Below are positions 8,089-18,960 of a stretch of 64,000 bases of DNA, one piece after another. The stretch is from assembly GCA_026988975.1 (NCBI GenBank), contig JALSKH010000048.1:23466-87465 (forward strand), in the 5' to 3' direction. The notes beneath the pieces were generated by a model. The model did no database searches and was not told where the DNA came from. It saw only the letters and a list, made by a program, of their open reading frames with translations. The DNA is from Campylobacteraceae bacterium (GTDB lineage: Bacteria > Campylobacterota > Campylobacteria > Campylobacterales > Sulfurospirillaceae). Within the stretch, counting starts at the first letter, position 1; every line of letters begins with the position of its first letter. A program made the translations under genes and the position numbers.

Positions 8089-9896
8089 TTTACCTCCCTC
8101 TCTATAAATGCATCAGTTGGACATAAATCCTCTATACATGCATCACATCCTATACATAAAAATGGATCTATCTCTATCTTGTGATCTTCATTATAGTGCA
8201 TAGGTGGACATTTGTATTGAGTTGTGCAGATGTCACAAGCCACGCATTTATCAGGATCTACAGTTGCATAGATGCCAGGAAGCATTTGCGGTGCTCTCTC
8301 TTTGTCAAGTACACAAAACTCTCTCATGATGACAACAAGTGGACCATCAGTCTCTTCGTGTTTTTTCTTCACCTCTTTCATAAAGGCTATACTCTCATCC
8401 AAATCAGGAGTATATATGTGTTCCATACAAGTTGCCCCGCAACCCTCTACTATGTGTTTGAGGTTTATCTCGCCGGGATTTGCTCTCTCAGGTGTCTCTT
8501 GACGACCAGTCATGGCAGTTACTGAGTTATCCATGATAACTAGTATAAATTTGTGTTTTTGATATACAGCATTTATAAGTGGTGCGACTCCCGAGTGAGT
8601 AAATGTACTATCTCCGATGCTAGCTATAACAGTTTTGCTCTTATCTGCGATAGAGAAACCACTCGCCATGGCAACGCTGGCACCCATACATAAGACAGTG
8701 TCGATTGCCCCTTGATTTAGAGCTAGAGTGTAGCATCCTATATCTGATGGGTAGATAGATTTTTTCTTTCTAAAGACCTTCATGATTGCATAATATACAT
8801 CTCTATGTGGACAACCAGGGCAAAGATTTGGTGGGCGAACGGGTAACTCGTCCGCAAATTTTGCATTTTGATATGGACTGCTTTTTTCCAATAATCCAAC
8901 ATTATTAAATGCTCTTATAACTTTATCTTTTGAAAATTCATCTATCTTGTGGACATCATTTGTAAGCTTTCCATGTAGATTTGGTGAGCTTAACTGCTCC
9001 TCCATGCATGGGTAACTCTCTTCGAAAATGATCACTTTTTTGTAGTTTTTAAAGAGGTTTTCCAACTCTTTTTTTGGCAAGGGATAAGGTAAATCTATCT
9101 TTAAGATATCTGCTTTTATATCCATATCTTCCACAGCTTCTCTGACATATCCATCGCCTGTTCCGCTTGTTAGACAAAGTGTATCTGAACTTGAAAGTTC
9201 ATCAACTCTGGGTTTAATGAAATTTTCCCAATTATACAGGGCTATTTTATCTATTCTCTCTAACTGTTCCAACCCTTGTGCAAATCTGCCTTTTGGCGGA
9301 ACTGCTGCCCATCTGCCTACATCTCTTTTAAATTCGCCTCTGTTTGGCTGAAAATCAACTTCATCATCAACATCACATATCTCTCTTGCATGTGAGACTC
9401 TCATCACAGGTCTTAACATAACAGGAATTTCAAACTTTTGCGAGAGATCAAGCGCAGTTTTGACCATATCGTAAGCCTCTTGCGGAGTAGCAGGGTCAAA
9501 AACTGGTATCTTAGCAAATTTTGCAAAACTTCTACTATCTTGCTCAGTTTGAGAAGAGTGAAAACCAGGATCATCAGCACTGACTAGTATCATAGCTCCC
9601 AAATGTCCTATATATGAAGCACTCATGAGAGCATCACTCGCTACATTTAATCCCACTTGTTTGAGTGTAGTACAAGTCCTTTTGCCAGCAATCGCTCCGG
9701 CATATGCGACCTCAAAACCAACTTTTTCATTTGTTGCCCACTGTGCATAAGTATCGCAATCAAACTCTTTTGAAAACTTTTGAAAGTTTCCAATAATCTC
9801 ACTAGAAGGAGTCCCGGGGTATCCTGAAACCATATCGACATTAGAGTGTATAAGCCCCAAAGCTATAGCTTCATTCCCCATCAAGATTTTTTTCAT
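8085..9896 (-). CDS. iorA: indolepyruvate:ferredoxin oxidoreductase subunit alpha
   Basis: 603 aa with a TPP-binding region (GDSTFTHSG) and two C-terminal 4Fe-4S motifs (CVACDICTTQYKCP, CIGCDACIEDLCP). Confidence 0.85.
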   Translation of the reverse strand: MKKILMGNEAIALGLIHSNVDMVSGYPGTPSSEIIGNFQKFSKEFDCDTYAQWATNEKVGFEVAYAGAIAGKRTCTTLKQVGLNVASDALMSASYIGHLGAMILVSADDPGFHSSQTEQDSRSFAKFAKIPVFDPATPQEAYDMVKTALDLSQKFEIPVMLRPVMRVSHAREICDVDDEVDFQPNRGEFKRDVGRWAAVPPKGRFAQGLEQLERIDKIALYNWENFIKPRVDELSSSDTLCLTSGTGDGYVREAVEDMDIKADILKIDLPYPLPKKELENLFKNYKKVIIFEESYPCMEEQLSSPNLHGKLTNDVHKIDEFSKDKVIRAFNNVGLLEKSSPYQNAKFADELPVRPPNLCPGCPHRDVYYAIMKVFRKKKSIYPSDIGCYTLALNQGAIDTVLCMGASVAMASGFSIADKSKTVIASIGDSTFTHSGVAPLINAVYQKHKFILVIMDNSVTAMTGRQETPERANPGEINLKHIVEGCGATCMEHIYTPDLDESIAFMKEVKKKHEETDGPLVVIMREFCVLDKERAPQMLPGIYATVDPDKCVACDICTTQYKCPPMHYNEDHKIEIDPFLCIGCDACIEDLCPTDAFIEREVK

Positions 9897-10064
9897 ATTT
9901 TCTCCCGATTGATAAATTTTGATTATTATACATAATTTTAGTTTAAGTGCTAATTTACAATAAAAAATTTACTTTCTATGAGATAGTTATTTTGTATGGA
10001 TTAAATGCTATATCAGTGTTCTTTTGATAGTATGTCTTAATATTAAAAAAATAGTAGGTTTAAA

Positions 10065-11162
10065 TTGTATATATTAATTGCAAATGTTTATCATGCTTTA
10101 TTGGAAAATAATGATATTAGAAAGAAAAAGTTTGCTGATAATAGACTTTTTAGTATAGCGATTTTTATAATATTTGGTTTTGTGGGTCCAGTTATGTGGA
10201 TTTGGGACTATGTTACTGACCCTATTGGAGCAAAAGATACAATTATGCTGAGGTTGATTTTTCTACTACTTTTTTTAGTTGCACTTATTTTTAAATATAT
10301 ATCAAACCTTAGATCTCTGTTGATAATTACTGTACTTGCGATACTCACTATTGAAATTGTATTTGTTGATATTTTAAACCATCTAGATGGTGGTATGACT
10401 TATGGCATTGGTGGTTTTATCTATTTTTTACTTGCTGAAATTATGTGTTTTCAAGGATTTTCATTAGTTTATGGTTTGCTTATGTTGTTTTTTACTGCAC
10501 TTTTACCACATTTGCTTGGTATTATTGGTTTTGCTGAAAACTTTCAACATAGTCATTATGCAGCTTTAATTTGGCCGGCTACTTTTATTGCGATGTTGCT
10601 ACAGACTATTTTATCACTAAATTATCTGCGCAGATATAGATTAGAGCAGCAGTTAGAATTATTATCAAATACAGACCCCATGACAGATGCTTACAATAGG
10701 CGTTATTTTTATAATGTAGGAGAATCAATATTTTTAAAAAACAAAAGAAAAAATACTCCGATTATAGTCGCAATGCTAGATATAGATAATTTTAAAAATA
10801 TTAATGATGAATATGGGCATAATGCGGGAGATATCGGCATAAAAGAGGTGTCAAAAATCTTAAGTAAATATTTAAGAGAGTCTGATTTATTTGCTAGGTT
10901 TGGAGGAGAGGAGTTTTGCATTTTATTGGAGGATATTTCACTAGAAGATGCAAAAAAACTATTTGAAAGAGTAAGAGAATCATTTGAGAAAAATACCTTT
11001 AAATATAATGATATCGAAATTAACTATACAGTATCTATTGGAGTTGCTTTTGGGATGGCAGATTCACTTGAAGATATGGTAAGATTATCGGACAATGCCC
11101 TATACTACTCGAAAAATAATGGAAAAAACCGATGCACTTTTAAACTAGTTCATATAGGATAG
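10065..11162 (+). CDS. membrane-anchored diguanylate cyclase (GGDEF)
   Basis: About 5-6 N-terminal TM helices, then a GGDEF domain with an intact GGEEF site (ARFGGEEFCIL). The TTG start is uncertain. Confidence 0.8.
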   Translation: MYILIANVYHALLENNDIRKKKFADNRLFSIAIFIIFGFVGPVMWIWDYVTDPIGAKDTIMLRLIFLLLFLVALIFKYISNLRSLLIITVLAILTIEIVFVDILNHLDGGMTYGIGGFIYFLLAEIMCFQGFSLVYGLLMLFFTALLPHLLGIIGFAENFQHSHYAALIWPATFIAMLLQTILSLNYLRRYRLEQQLELLSNTDPMTDAYNRRYFYNVGESIFLKNKRKNTPIIVAMLDIDNFKNINDEYGHNAGDIGIKEVSKILSKYLRESDLFARFGGEEFCILLEDISLEDAKKLFERVRESFEKNTFKYNDIEINYTVSIGVAFGMADSLEDMVRLSDNALYYSKNNGKNRCTFKLVHIG

Positions 11163-11173
11163 ATACTAGTACA

Positions 11174-13297
11174 TCATGTTCTAAATTGCTCTAGTTTTAA
11201 AGATAGATCAGTTGTTAGTTTATTGAGGTGTTCAGCCGCACTCGCTATCTCTTCAACGCTTCTTGCATTGTGTGAAGATATTGAGTTGATCTGTGAAACA
11301 TCATCTATGAGTGTATCAACCTGATGTGTAGTCTGAGAAAATTTTTCGATCGTTTTATCACTTGAATCTGTAGCATTTTGTACGATATTTGTAGTTTTTT
11401 CTATCATCTCATTTGTTTGAATTGCTATATCAGATAGCAATTCCATTTGTCTGGAGTTTTCATTCATCTCATCGCTTGTTGATGAGATTGATTGGACTAC
11501 GATGTTGATTGTTGCATGAATCTCTGTAAGAGCTCTTTGGGTTCTTTCAGCTAAATTTCTAACTTCATCTGCAACAACTGCGAAACCTCGACCATGCTCT
11601 CCTGCACGAGCCGCTTCTATGGCTGCATTTAGAGCAAGTAGATTTGTCTGATCTGCTATATCAGATATTATATTTAGCACATCTTTTACTTGTTCTGTGT
11701 CTTTTGATAATCCTTCCATTTTTTGAGCTATACTTATCTCTGACTCTGCGCTATTTTGTACCTTTGAAGTTAAGTTGACTATCTCATTTTTTGCATTATT
11801 CAACATTTTGTTTGCATCGGTCATCTCATCTTTGCTTTTGTCTGCATCAAGCATTGCATTTTGAATTTCGCTTTTTATTTTTGATGCATTATTGGTAGTT
11901 GAATTGACGATTTCCACAGATTTTTCTACATTTTTACCTACTTCATTTGCGGTTGATGAAAGTTCACTAGATACTGAGGAGTTTTCCATTCCAGATATTT
12001 TTGCATTTTTTATGCTTATATGAACTTTTTCTATAAATTCATTTATATTGTCTGCCATCTCTTTTATTTCATCTTTGCTCGTTACATTTATTCGTTTTGT
12101 TAAGTCTCCATCTCCTCGTGCTAAATCTCCAGTTATATCTAAGATGTTTTTTATAGGGTTTATTATAGTTTTGTTTGTTATAAAAATTACAATAGAACCT
12201 ATAATTAAAACCAATACAAGGACTGTCAAGAAGATATTTATGATAGAAGATTTGATTTTGGATTGAGAATCTTTTTCTATTTGCTTTATGTGAGATTCTA
12301 TATTGTCAACATATTCTCCTGTTCCAATTACCCAGCCCCAAGGTTTAAATAGCTTTACATATGAAATTTTTGGTACAGGCTTATCGTGTCCTGGTTTTGC
12401 CCAACTATATCTAACAACACCTTCGCCACTTTTTTTTACCACTTTTACCATCTCATTAAAAAGATAAATTCCATTTGGGTCTTTGAGATTTGATAAATCT
12501 TTGCCATCTAAGCTTGGCTTTACCGGATGCATTATCATTTTTGGTTGGGTGTCATTTATCCAAAAGTAACCACTTTTGCCAAAACGCATCTGAGAGACTG
12601 TCTTGAGAGCATCCTTTTTCATCTCCAATGTTACATCAGACACATAAGCACCTGTTCCAATTACCCAGCCATAAGGTTTAAATAATCTCACATATGAGAC
12701 TTTTGGTTGAGGTTTGTTGTATCCCGGTTTTGCCCAACTATATCTAACAACACCTTTGCCACTTTTTTTTACCACTTTTACCATCTCATTAAAAAGATAA
12801 ATTCCATTTGGGTCTTTGAGATTTGATAAATCTTTGCCATCTAAGCTTGGTTTTATCGGATGCATTATCATTTTTGGTTGGGTATCATTTATCCAAAAGT
12901 AGCCACTTTTGCCATATTTTGCAGATGATATTATATCTATCAGTTGTTTTTGCAACTCTTCTTTTGTTGAGTTGTCTTTGTTTTTATTATATGTTTCTTC
13001 CAAAATAGAAAATAGAAAATTTATCTGTTTTTCAAGTTTTGTTTCAACTTCTATTCGTATCTTGTCCTTGGAAGTTCTATTGTAGAAAGATTCAACAGAT
13101 TTTATAGCAACACTAACATAATTTTTTAATTCATTTTCCTTGTTTTTATAGGCTTCAGATCTATAGTTTTTAATATTTTGTTTTGTAAGAGAGTCTATAC
13201 TGTAGATAGTTTCAAGCATAATTCCAGCAGAAACAGCTATGATTGTAAATAGTATAATAAGTAAAATTTTAAACTTAATTGTAATAGACTTTTTCAT
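11174..13297 (-). CDS. methyl-accepting chemotaxis protein with two tandem sCache_2-like sensor modules
   Basis: 707 aa. The periplasmic region contains the [19 protein letters not shown]...WVIGTG module twice. HAMP follows, then the MCP signalling domain ([32 protein letters not shown]). Confidence 0.9.
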   Translation of the reverse strand: MKKSITIKFKILLIILFTIIAVSAGIMLETIYSIDSLTKQNIKNYRSEAYKNKENELKNYVSVAIKSVESFYNRTSKDKIRIEVETKLEKQINFLFSILEETYNKNKDNSTKEELQKQLIDIISSAKYGKSGYFWINDTQPKMIMHPIKPSLDGKDLSNLKDPNGIYLFNEMVKVVKKSGKGVVRYSWAKPGYNKPQPKVSYVRLFKPYGWVIGTGAYVSDVTLEMKKDALKTVSQMRFGKSGYFWINDTQPKMIMHPVKPSLDGKDLSNLKDPNGIYLFNEMVKVVKKSGEGVVRYSWAKPGHDKPVPKISYVKLFKPWGWVIGTGEYVDNIESHIKQIEKDSQSKIKSSIINIFLTVLVLVLIIGSIVIFITNKTIINPIKNILDITGDLARGDGDLTKRINVTSKDEIKEMADNINEFIEKVHISIKNAKISGMENSSVSSELSSTANEVGKNVEKSVEIVNSTTNNASKIKSEIQNAMLDADKSKDEMTDANKMLNNAKNEIVNLTSKVQNSAESEISIAQKMEGLSKDTEQVKDVLNIISDIADQTNLLALNAAIEAARAGEHGRGFAVVADEVRNLAERTQRALTEIHATINIVVQSISSTSDEMNENSRQMELLSDIAIQTNEMIEKTTNIVQNATDSSDKTIEKFSQTTHQVDTLIDDVSQINSISSHNARSVEEIASAAEHLNKLTTDLSLKLEQFRT
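12318..12580. repeat. Intragenic direct repeat, copy 1 (Cache module duplication)
   Basis: 263 bp that align colinearly with 12651-12913 (period 333 bp = 111 codons). The sub-block 12393-12517 differs from 12726-12850 at a single base. Confidence 0.85.
12651..12913. repeat. Intragenic direct repeat, copy 2 (Cache module duplication)
   Basis: See 12318-12580. Confidence 0.85.
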
Positions 13298-13499
13298 TCT
13301 TGGTACCCACCTTTAATATTTGAACAATATACCAAATTAGCAACTATTTGAGTTATAGTATCTAAAATAGATAATTGAAGTCAAGTTTTTGGTGGAATAA
13401 AAAAGTAAAAAAGAAACAGAAGAAATAGGGATAAATTTTATTTTTTAATATAAGAAGCTGTACAATCAAAGGAGAATATCTGAAATTAAAGGCTTGTGT

Positions 13500-15371
13500 A
13501 TGAATTTTAAAAACAAAATAGCATTAGTTACATCTGTTATCGTCTTCTTGGGACTAAGTACATTTGGAGTGTTTAGTTATTATCATACTAAGCAAAGTAG
13601 TGTAGTTGAAGTTAAATCTTCAATAAAAGCAAAAGCAAAGAGTTTAGCACAATATATAGATTTGTGGTTACAAAATAAAAAAAGTTTAGTACAAAGCAGT
13701 GCAAAAGAGCTATGGTTAGCAAAAGGAATATCTGATGGAATGTTATCCACAAGATTAAAAAAATATTCAAAAAGAGTAGGGGCCATGAGTGCCTATATCG
13801 GCTTTATAGATGGACGAATGGTCTCTAGTAATGGAAAAAAATATAAGCTTTCTAAATATGATCCAAGATCAAGACCTTGGTACAAACAAGCGATGAAAAC
13901 AAAAAAAGTTGGGGTTACAAATGCATACAAAGGTGCTACTTCTGGAAAGATGATGATATCAATAATGACTCCATTGAAAAATAGAAATGGTGATGTTTTG
14001 GGAGTTTTTAGCACAGATATACTGTTAGACACTTTAACTAAAATCATTACAAATACAAAATTTGATGGTGGTTATGCGGTTTTATATGACAGCAAAGGAA
14101 CTATAGTTGCTCATCCAAACAAAAAGGTTTTAGGCAAAACCTCAGTTATTGCAAAAAGATTTAAAGGTTTGAACGATGGCTTGATAGAGTATAAATACAA
14201 AGGGGAAGATAAACTCCTTGCTTTCTATCGTACAAAACAGACAAATTGGATAACAGCAGTAACTTTTCAAAAAAAAGTAGCCTATAAATTTTTGCGAGAG
14301 CAGACTATCGGACTTTTGGTTCTTGGACTTATAATTTTAGTAATTACACTAATAATTATCATTGTTAGTACGAAAATTTTAATGAAGCCGCTTGATAATT
14401 TAAATACTTTGGTAGAAGAGATGGCAAGTAGCGAGGGTGATTTAAGACAACGATTAGAGGTGAAATCGAATGATGAGTTTGGAGAAGTTTCTAAAAACAT
14501 AAATAACTTTATAGCTAAACTACACGATATAGTCAAAGAATCAAAACAGATAAGTTTAGAAAATTCTGCTATATCAGAAGAGTTGTCTCAAACAGCATTT
14601 TCGGTTGGTAAAAATGTTGAAAATGAGTCTAAAATAGTCTCAAAAACTAGGGAAGAAGGGGTTGAGCTTAGTGACTATTTAGATAATTCTGTTAAGAAAG
14701 CAAAAGAGTCTCAACTTGAATTGGAAAATACATATAGCAGTCTCAATGAAGTTAAAACAAAAGTAGAAGAGCTTGGAAGTACAATGCAAGAGACTTCAGT
14801 TAAAGAGCAGAATTTAGCAGAAAAATTGAATCAAGTAAGTCAAAATGCAAGTGAAGTTAAAGAGGTTTTAAACATTATAAAAGATATAGCTGACCAAACT
14901 AATTTACTCGCACTAAATGCAGCTATTGAAGCAGCAAGGGCTGGTGAACATGGGCGTGGATTTGCTGTTGTTGCTGATGAAGTTAGAAAACTAGCAGAGA
15001 GAACTCAAAAATCACTTGTTGAGATTGATGCAACTATCAATGTTGTGGTACAATCAATCATGGAAGCGAATAGTGAGATATCAGATAATGCACATGATAT
15101 TCAAAGCATAGCGAATGTTTCTGCACATCTCCAAGAGCAAACTACGGAGATATCAAATGTGATTCATCAAGCCATATCTGATGCAAACCAAACGGTAAAT
15201 GATTTTTCAGATACTTCAACTAAGGTTCAGCAAATAGTTGCTAAAGTTGATAATGTAAACAATATATCAAAAAGTAATGTAGATAGTGTTGAAAATGTAT
15301 CTCAGGCTGCAAAACATTTACATTCAATGACAGAAAAATTAAACAGTGAGTTAGATAAATTTCGTTCATAA
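13500..15371 (+). CDS. methyl-accepting chemotaxis protein (dCache_1-type sensor)
   Basis: TM helix, about 250-aa periplasmic domain, second TM, HAMP, then the MCP signalling domain. ATG at 13500 is preferred over TTG at 13494. Confidence 0.9.
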   Translation: MNFKNKIALVTSVIVFLGLSTFGVFSYYHTKQSSVVEVKSSIKAKAKSLAQYIDLWLQNKKSLVQSSAKELWLAKGISDGMLSTRLKKYSKRVGAMSAYIGFIDGRMVSSNGKKYKLSKYDPRSRPWYKQAMKTKKVGVTNAYKGATSGKMMISIMTPLKNRNGDVLGVFSTDILLDTLTKIITNTKFDGGYAVLYDSKGTIVAHPNKKVLGKTSVIAKRFKGLNDGLIEYKYKGEDKLLAFYRTKQTNWITAVTFQKKVAYKFLREQTIGLLVLGLIILVITLIIIIVSTKILMKPLDNLNTLVEEMASSEGDLRQRLEVKSNDEFGEVSKNINNFIAKLHDIVKESKQISLENSAISEELSQTAFSVGKNVENESKIVSKTREEGVELSDYLDNSVKKAKESQLELENTYSSLNEVKTKVEELGSTMQETSVKEQNLAEKLNQVSQNASEVKEVLNIIKDIADQTNLLALNAAIEAARAGEHGRGFAVVADEVRKLAERTQKSLVEIDATINVVVQSIMEANSEISDNAHDIQSIANVSAHLQEQTTEISNVIHQAISDANQTVNDFSDTSTKVQQIVAKVDNVNNISKSNVDSVENVSQAAKHLHSMTEKLNSELDKFRS

Positions 15372-15412
15372 ATAACTATGTAATATAGTTTAAAAATTTA
15401 AAGGGGAACATC

Positions 15413-16882
15413 TTGAAAAATTCAAGATATAAATCTTTATATAAAATTCAAGAAAAAGCACTAGAGTGCCTTGTATCTAAAGAGATATATAGTGATAAGA
15501 TAGAAAAGATATTTGAGTTATTAAAATCTTTTTTAAAAGAGATTGATATTTGGATTTTAGACTATAAGATTATTTATCGACATGAAGAGTGCGATGATTT
15601 TACACTCTCAGCAATATCTTTTACACAAAAGCTTATAGATATAATTTTAAGTGAGCAGGAAAAAGAAGAAGATCTACACTTTCTTGCTTACAATGATACA
15701 CTTACAGGACTTAAAAATAAAAACTCTCTTCAAAAAATGCTTAAAACAGATATAAGAAAATATACGCTATTGCTTTTAAATGTGGACAATTTTAGTTATG
15801 TTAATACTGCCTATGGATGTGATTCTGGAGATGTAATTCTCATGAAAATTGCAGAAATTTTAAAGAAAATTTGCAACCATGACCTACTGTATAGAATTAA
15901 TGCTGATGAGTTTGGGATCGCATATAAAGAAGAGATTGATGTTCTTAGTTTGATTAAAAAAATACAGAATTATTTTTTTAATAATGCTATAGTGGTAGAT
16001 AATTTAACTTTTCATGTTACATTTACTTATGGTGCTACAGTTGGAAAATATACAATTTTTAAAAAAGCTACAGTTGCACTCAAAGAGGCTAAATCTAGAG
16101 GGAACAATAGATATAAAATCTTTTATGAGAATGAAGATGTTATAGAAGGATGTCAACTAAAAGAGTTTGTTAGACTAAACAATATCATATATGATGCAAT
16201 TGATAATTCGCAAATGATTCCATTTTTCCAAGGCATATATAATAACTTTGAAAAAAAGATTGATTATTTTGAAGCACTTGTTAGAATAAAAAATGGAGAG
16301 AATTATTATCAACCAAATGTATTTTTAGAGACGGCTAAATTGTCTGGATTGCTACCAAAAATTACTAAAATCATGATAAAAAAGAGTTGTGAAATTATGT
16401 CAAAATATTATTATCATTTTTCAATTAATATAACTGAAGATGATTTGGATCATGATTTTTTATTGGATTTTCTCAAGATAAACTTAGATAGATATTCCAT
16501 TAAACCAGATAGACTTACTCTTGAAATTTTAGAAAATATAAGTGCAGGTTCTAGCAAAAATCATATAAAACAACTATCTGCTTTGAAAAAATGTGGCTAT
16601 AAGATCGCGATAGACGACTTTGGCACAGAGTATTCAAATTTTGAGCGATTGCTTGAACTTGATATAGACTTTTTAAAACTAGATGCTAAATATATCAAAA
16701 ATATAGATACAGACAAGAAAAGTCAAGACATAGTAGAGTCAATTGTGTTTTTTGCTAAGAAAAATAACATACCTTGTATAGCAGAATATGTGCATAATGA
16801 ATCAGTTGCAAATAAAATAAAATCATTAGGCATTGAGTATTCTCAAGGGTATTACTACAGTAAACCATCAAAATTGATCTAA
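15413..16882 (+). CDS. GGDEF(degenerate)-EAL protein, probable c-di-GMP phosphodiesterase
   Basis: The GGDEF position reads NADEF (degenerate). The EAL domain carries FEALVR and DDFGTEYSNF. TTG start after an AAAGGGG ribosome-binding site. Confidence 0.8.
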   Translation: MKNSRYKSLYKIQEKALECLVSKEIYSDKIEKIFELLKSFLKEIDIWILDYKIIYRHEECDDFTLSAISFTQKLIDIILSEQEKEEDLHFLAYNDTLTGLKNKNSLQKMLKTDIRKYTLLLLNVDNFSYVNTAYGCDSGDVILMKIAEILKKICNHDLLYRINADEFGIAYKEEIDVLSLIKKIQNYFFNNAIVVDNLTFHVTFTYGATVGKYTIFKKATVALKEAKSRGNNRYKIFYENEDVIEGCQLKEFVRLNNIIYDAIDNSQMIPFFQGIYNNFEKKIDYFEALVRIKNGENYYQPNVFLETAKLSGLLPKITKIMIKKSCEIMSKYYYHFSINITEDDLDHDFLLDFLKINLDRYSIKPDRLTLEILENISAGSSKNHIKQLSALKKCGYKIAIDDFGTEYSNFERLLELDIDFLKLDAKYIKNIDTDKKSQDIVESIVFFAKKNNIPCIAEYVHNESVANKIKSLGIEYSQGYYYSKPSKLI

Positions 16883-16944
16883 GATTTATCTTTTTTAAAC
16901 TTAGTTCTGATATAATACAAAAATTTAATTTTAGGAGAGGTGTT

Positions 16945-18090
16945 ATGTTTAAGAATGTGGGTTTAAAAATTCTTGCTTTTATGTTTGTTTCTGGTTTTAT
17001 GTTGCTTAGTGCGGGGACTATTAAGATAGGTGCCATTGTGTCGGCTACTGGTCCTGCTTCGTTTTTGGGTGATCCGGAGCTTAAGACTTTGCAACATTAT
17101 GTCAAGAAGATAAATGATGAAGGTGGTGTAAACGGTCAGAAGATAGAGTTAGTAGCTTACGATACGGGTGCTAGTCCTAAAAAAGCTGTTACATTTGTAA
17201 AAAGACTTATAAATCAAGATAAAGTAGTAGCCATCATTGGTCCTTCAACTACTGGTGAGACTATGGCTGTTATAAGATTTGTACAAAGAGCAAAAATTCC
17301 TCTTATCTCTATGGCTGGGGCTGTTGTGATTATTAATCCTGTTAAAAAATATGTATTTAAGATGGTAGCGACTGATAGGATGGCTTGTCAGAGAATTATG
17401 CAGGATTTAAAAAAGAGAAAATTAACAAATTTAGCTCTTATATCTGGAAGTGGCGGCTTTGGAAAATCCATGAGAAAACAGTGTAAATCAGTAGCTCCAA
17501 GTTACGGTATAGATATAGTTGCAGATGAGACATATGGTAAAAAAGATTCAGATATGACAACTCAACTACTCAAGATAAAAAACAATAAAAAAGTTCAAGC
17601 AGTTCTAAATCCGGGTTTCGGACAGGGTCCTGCTATCGTGACAAAAAACTACAGACAACTTAAAATCAAACAACCTTTGTATCAATCTCACGGTGTTGCA
17701 TCTAAGAAATTTATCGAGATTGCAGGCAAAGCGGCAAATGGTGTGAGACTTGTTGCACCTCCGGTTGTAGTTGCAGATAAATTAGCTGACTCAAATCCTG
17801 TAAAAAAAGTGGCACTTGCTTATAAAAATGAGTATGAAAAAGCATTTCACACTCAAGTTGCTAGTTTTGGTGGACATGCTTATGACTCACTATATGCGAT
17901 AGTGGCGGCTATAAAAGCAGAGCACTCAACAAATCCGCAAAAGATAAGAGATGGTATAGAAAATCTTAAAAACTTTCAAGGAGTTGACGGTGTTGTAAAT
18001 ATGAGTCCAACTGATCACTTGGGACTTGATACAAAAACTGGTATGGTTTTGCTTGATATAAAAAATGGTGATTGGTCTATCGTTAAGTAG
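16945..18090 (+). CDS. branched-chain amino acid ABC transporter substrate-binding protein
   Basis: Signal peptide plus a type-I periplasmic binding fold pattern (IKIGAIVSATGPASFLG). First gene of a LIV-type operon. Confidence 0.85.
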   Translation: MFKNVGLKILAFMFVSGFMLLSAGTIKIGAIVSATGPASFLGDPELKTLQHYVKKINDEGGVNGQKIELVAYDTGASPKKAVTFVKRLINQDKVVAIIGPSTTGETMAVIRFVQRAKIPLISMAGAVVIINPVKKYVFKMVATDRMACQRIMQDLKKRKLTNLALISGSGGFGKSMRKQCKSVAPSYGIDIVADETYGKKDSDMTTQLLKIKNNKKVQAVLNPGFGQGPAIVTKNYRQLKIKQPLYQSHGVASKKFIEIAGKAANGVRLVAPPVVVADKLADSNPVKKVALAYKNEYEKAFHTQVASFGGHAYDSLYAIVAAIKAEHSTNPQKIRDGIENLKNFQGVDGVVNMSPTDHLGLDTKTGMVLLDIKNGDWSIVK

Positions 18091-18960
18091 ATGATCGAAC
18101 TTTTTGGATTTCTACTCTCTGGTGTGACGGTTGGTTTTATCTATGCTCTCGTGGGCATAGGTTTTACCGTCATATACAATAGTAGCGGGATCATAAACTT
18201 CTCTCAAGGAGAGTTTGTGATGGCAGGAGGAATGTCGGCAGTTTTTCTCTTAAAAGCCGGGCTTCCTCTTGGTGTCTCTTTTATCCTTGCGATTTTGATA
18301 ACTTCTATGATAGGTATAGTTTTGTATAAACTTATCTCTTTCTCAAAAGATAGTTCTCAAATTTCACTTATCATTTTGACTTTGGGATTTGCTATCTTTT
18401 TAAGAGGCTTGGCTGAGGTCGTTTTCGATAAAGAGCTTCATACTATGCCCTCTTTTATTGGAGATGGCTCATTTGATATGTATGGCACTACTTTAACTTA
18501 CCAATCCATTGTCATAATGGTAGTTTCTATCTTGATAGTAACATTTCTATACTTCTTTTTCAAAAAAACAAAGACAGGTCAAGCCATGATGGCAGCTTCT
18601 ATAAATGTAGATGCAGCAAGATTGATGGGCATAAATATAAAAAAGATATTGATGATCAACTTTGCACTCTCTGCTGTTATCGCTTCGATAGGCGGTATCT
18701 TACTCACGCCTATAACTTCCACAAACTATGAAGTAGGTATAATGCTTGGTTTAAAAGGCTTTGCTGCTGCCATCATAGGTGGGCTAAGTAATCCATTTGG
18801 AGCAGTAGCTGGTGGATTGGTGCTTGGGATCTTAGAGTCATTGATAGCAGGTTATATCTCTAGCGAATATAAAGACGCGGTCGCTTTTGTAGCACTATTG
18901 GCGATCCTATTTTTTATGCCAGGTGGCATCTTTGGCAATACAAAAGCGCAAAGAGTCTAA
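18091..18960 (+). CDS. livH: branched-chain amino acid ABC permease (LivH type)
   Basis: 289-aa polytopic protein. Adjacent ATG/TAA junctions link it to the neighbouring transporter genes. Confidence 0.85.
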   Translation: MIELFGFLLSGVTVGFIYALVGIGFTVIYNSSGIINFSQGEFVMAGGMSAVFLLKAGLPLGVSFILAILITSMIGIVLYKLISFSKDSSQISLIILTLGFAIFLRGLAEVVFDKELHTMPSFIGDGSFDMYGTTLTYQSIVIMVVSILIVTFLYFFFKKTKTGQAMMAASINVDAARLMGINIKKILMINFALSAVIASIGGILLTPITSTNYEVGIMLGLKGFAAAIIGGLSNPFGAVAGGLVLGILESLIAGYISSEYKDAVAFVALLAILFFMPGGIFGNTKAQRV

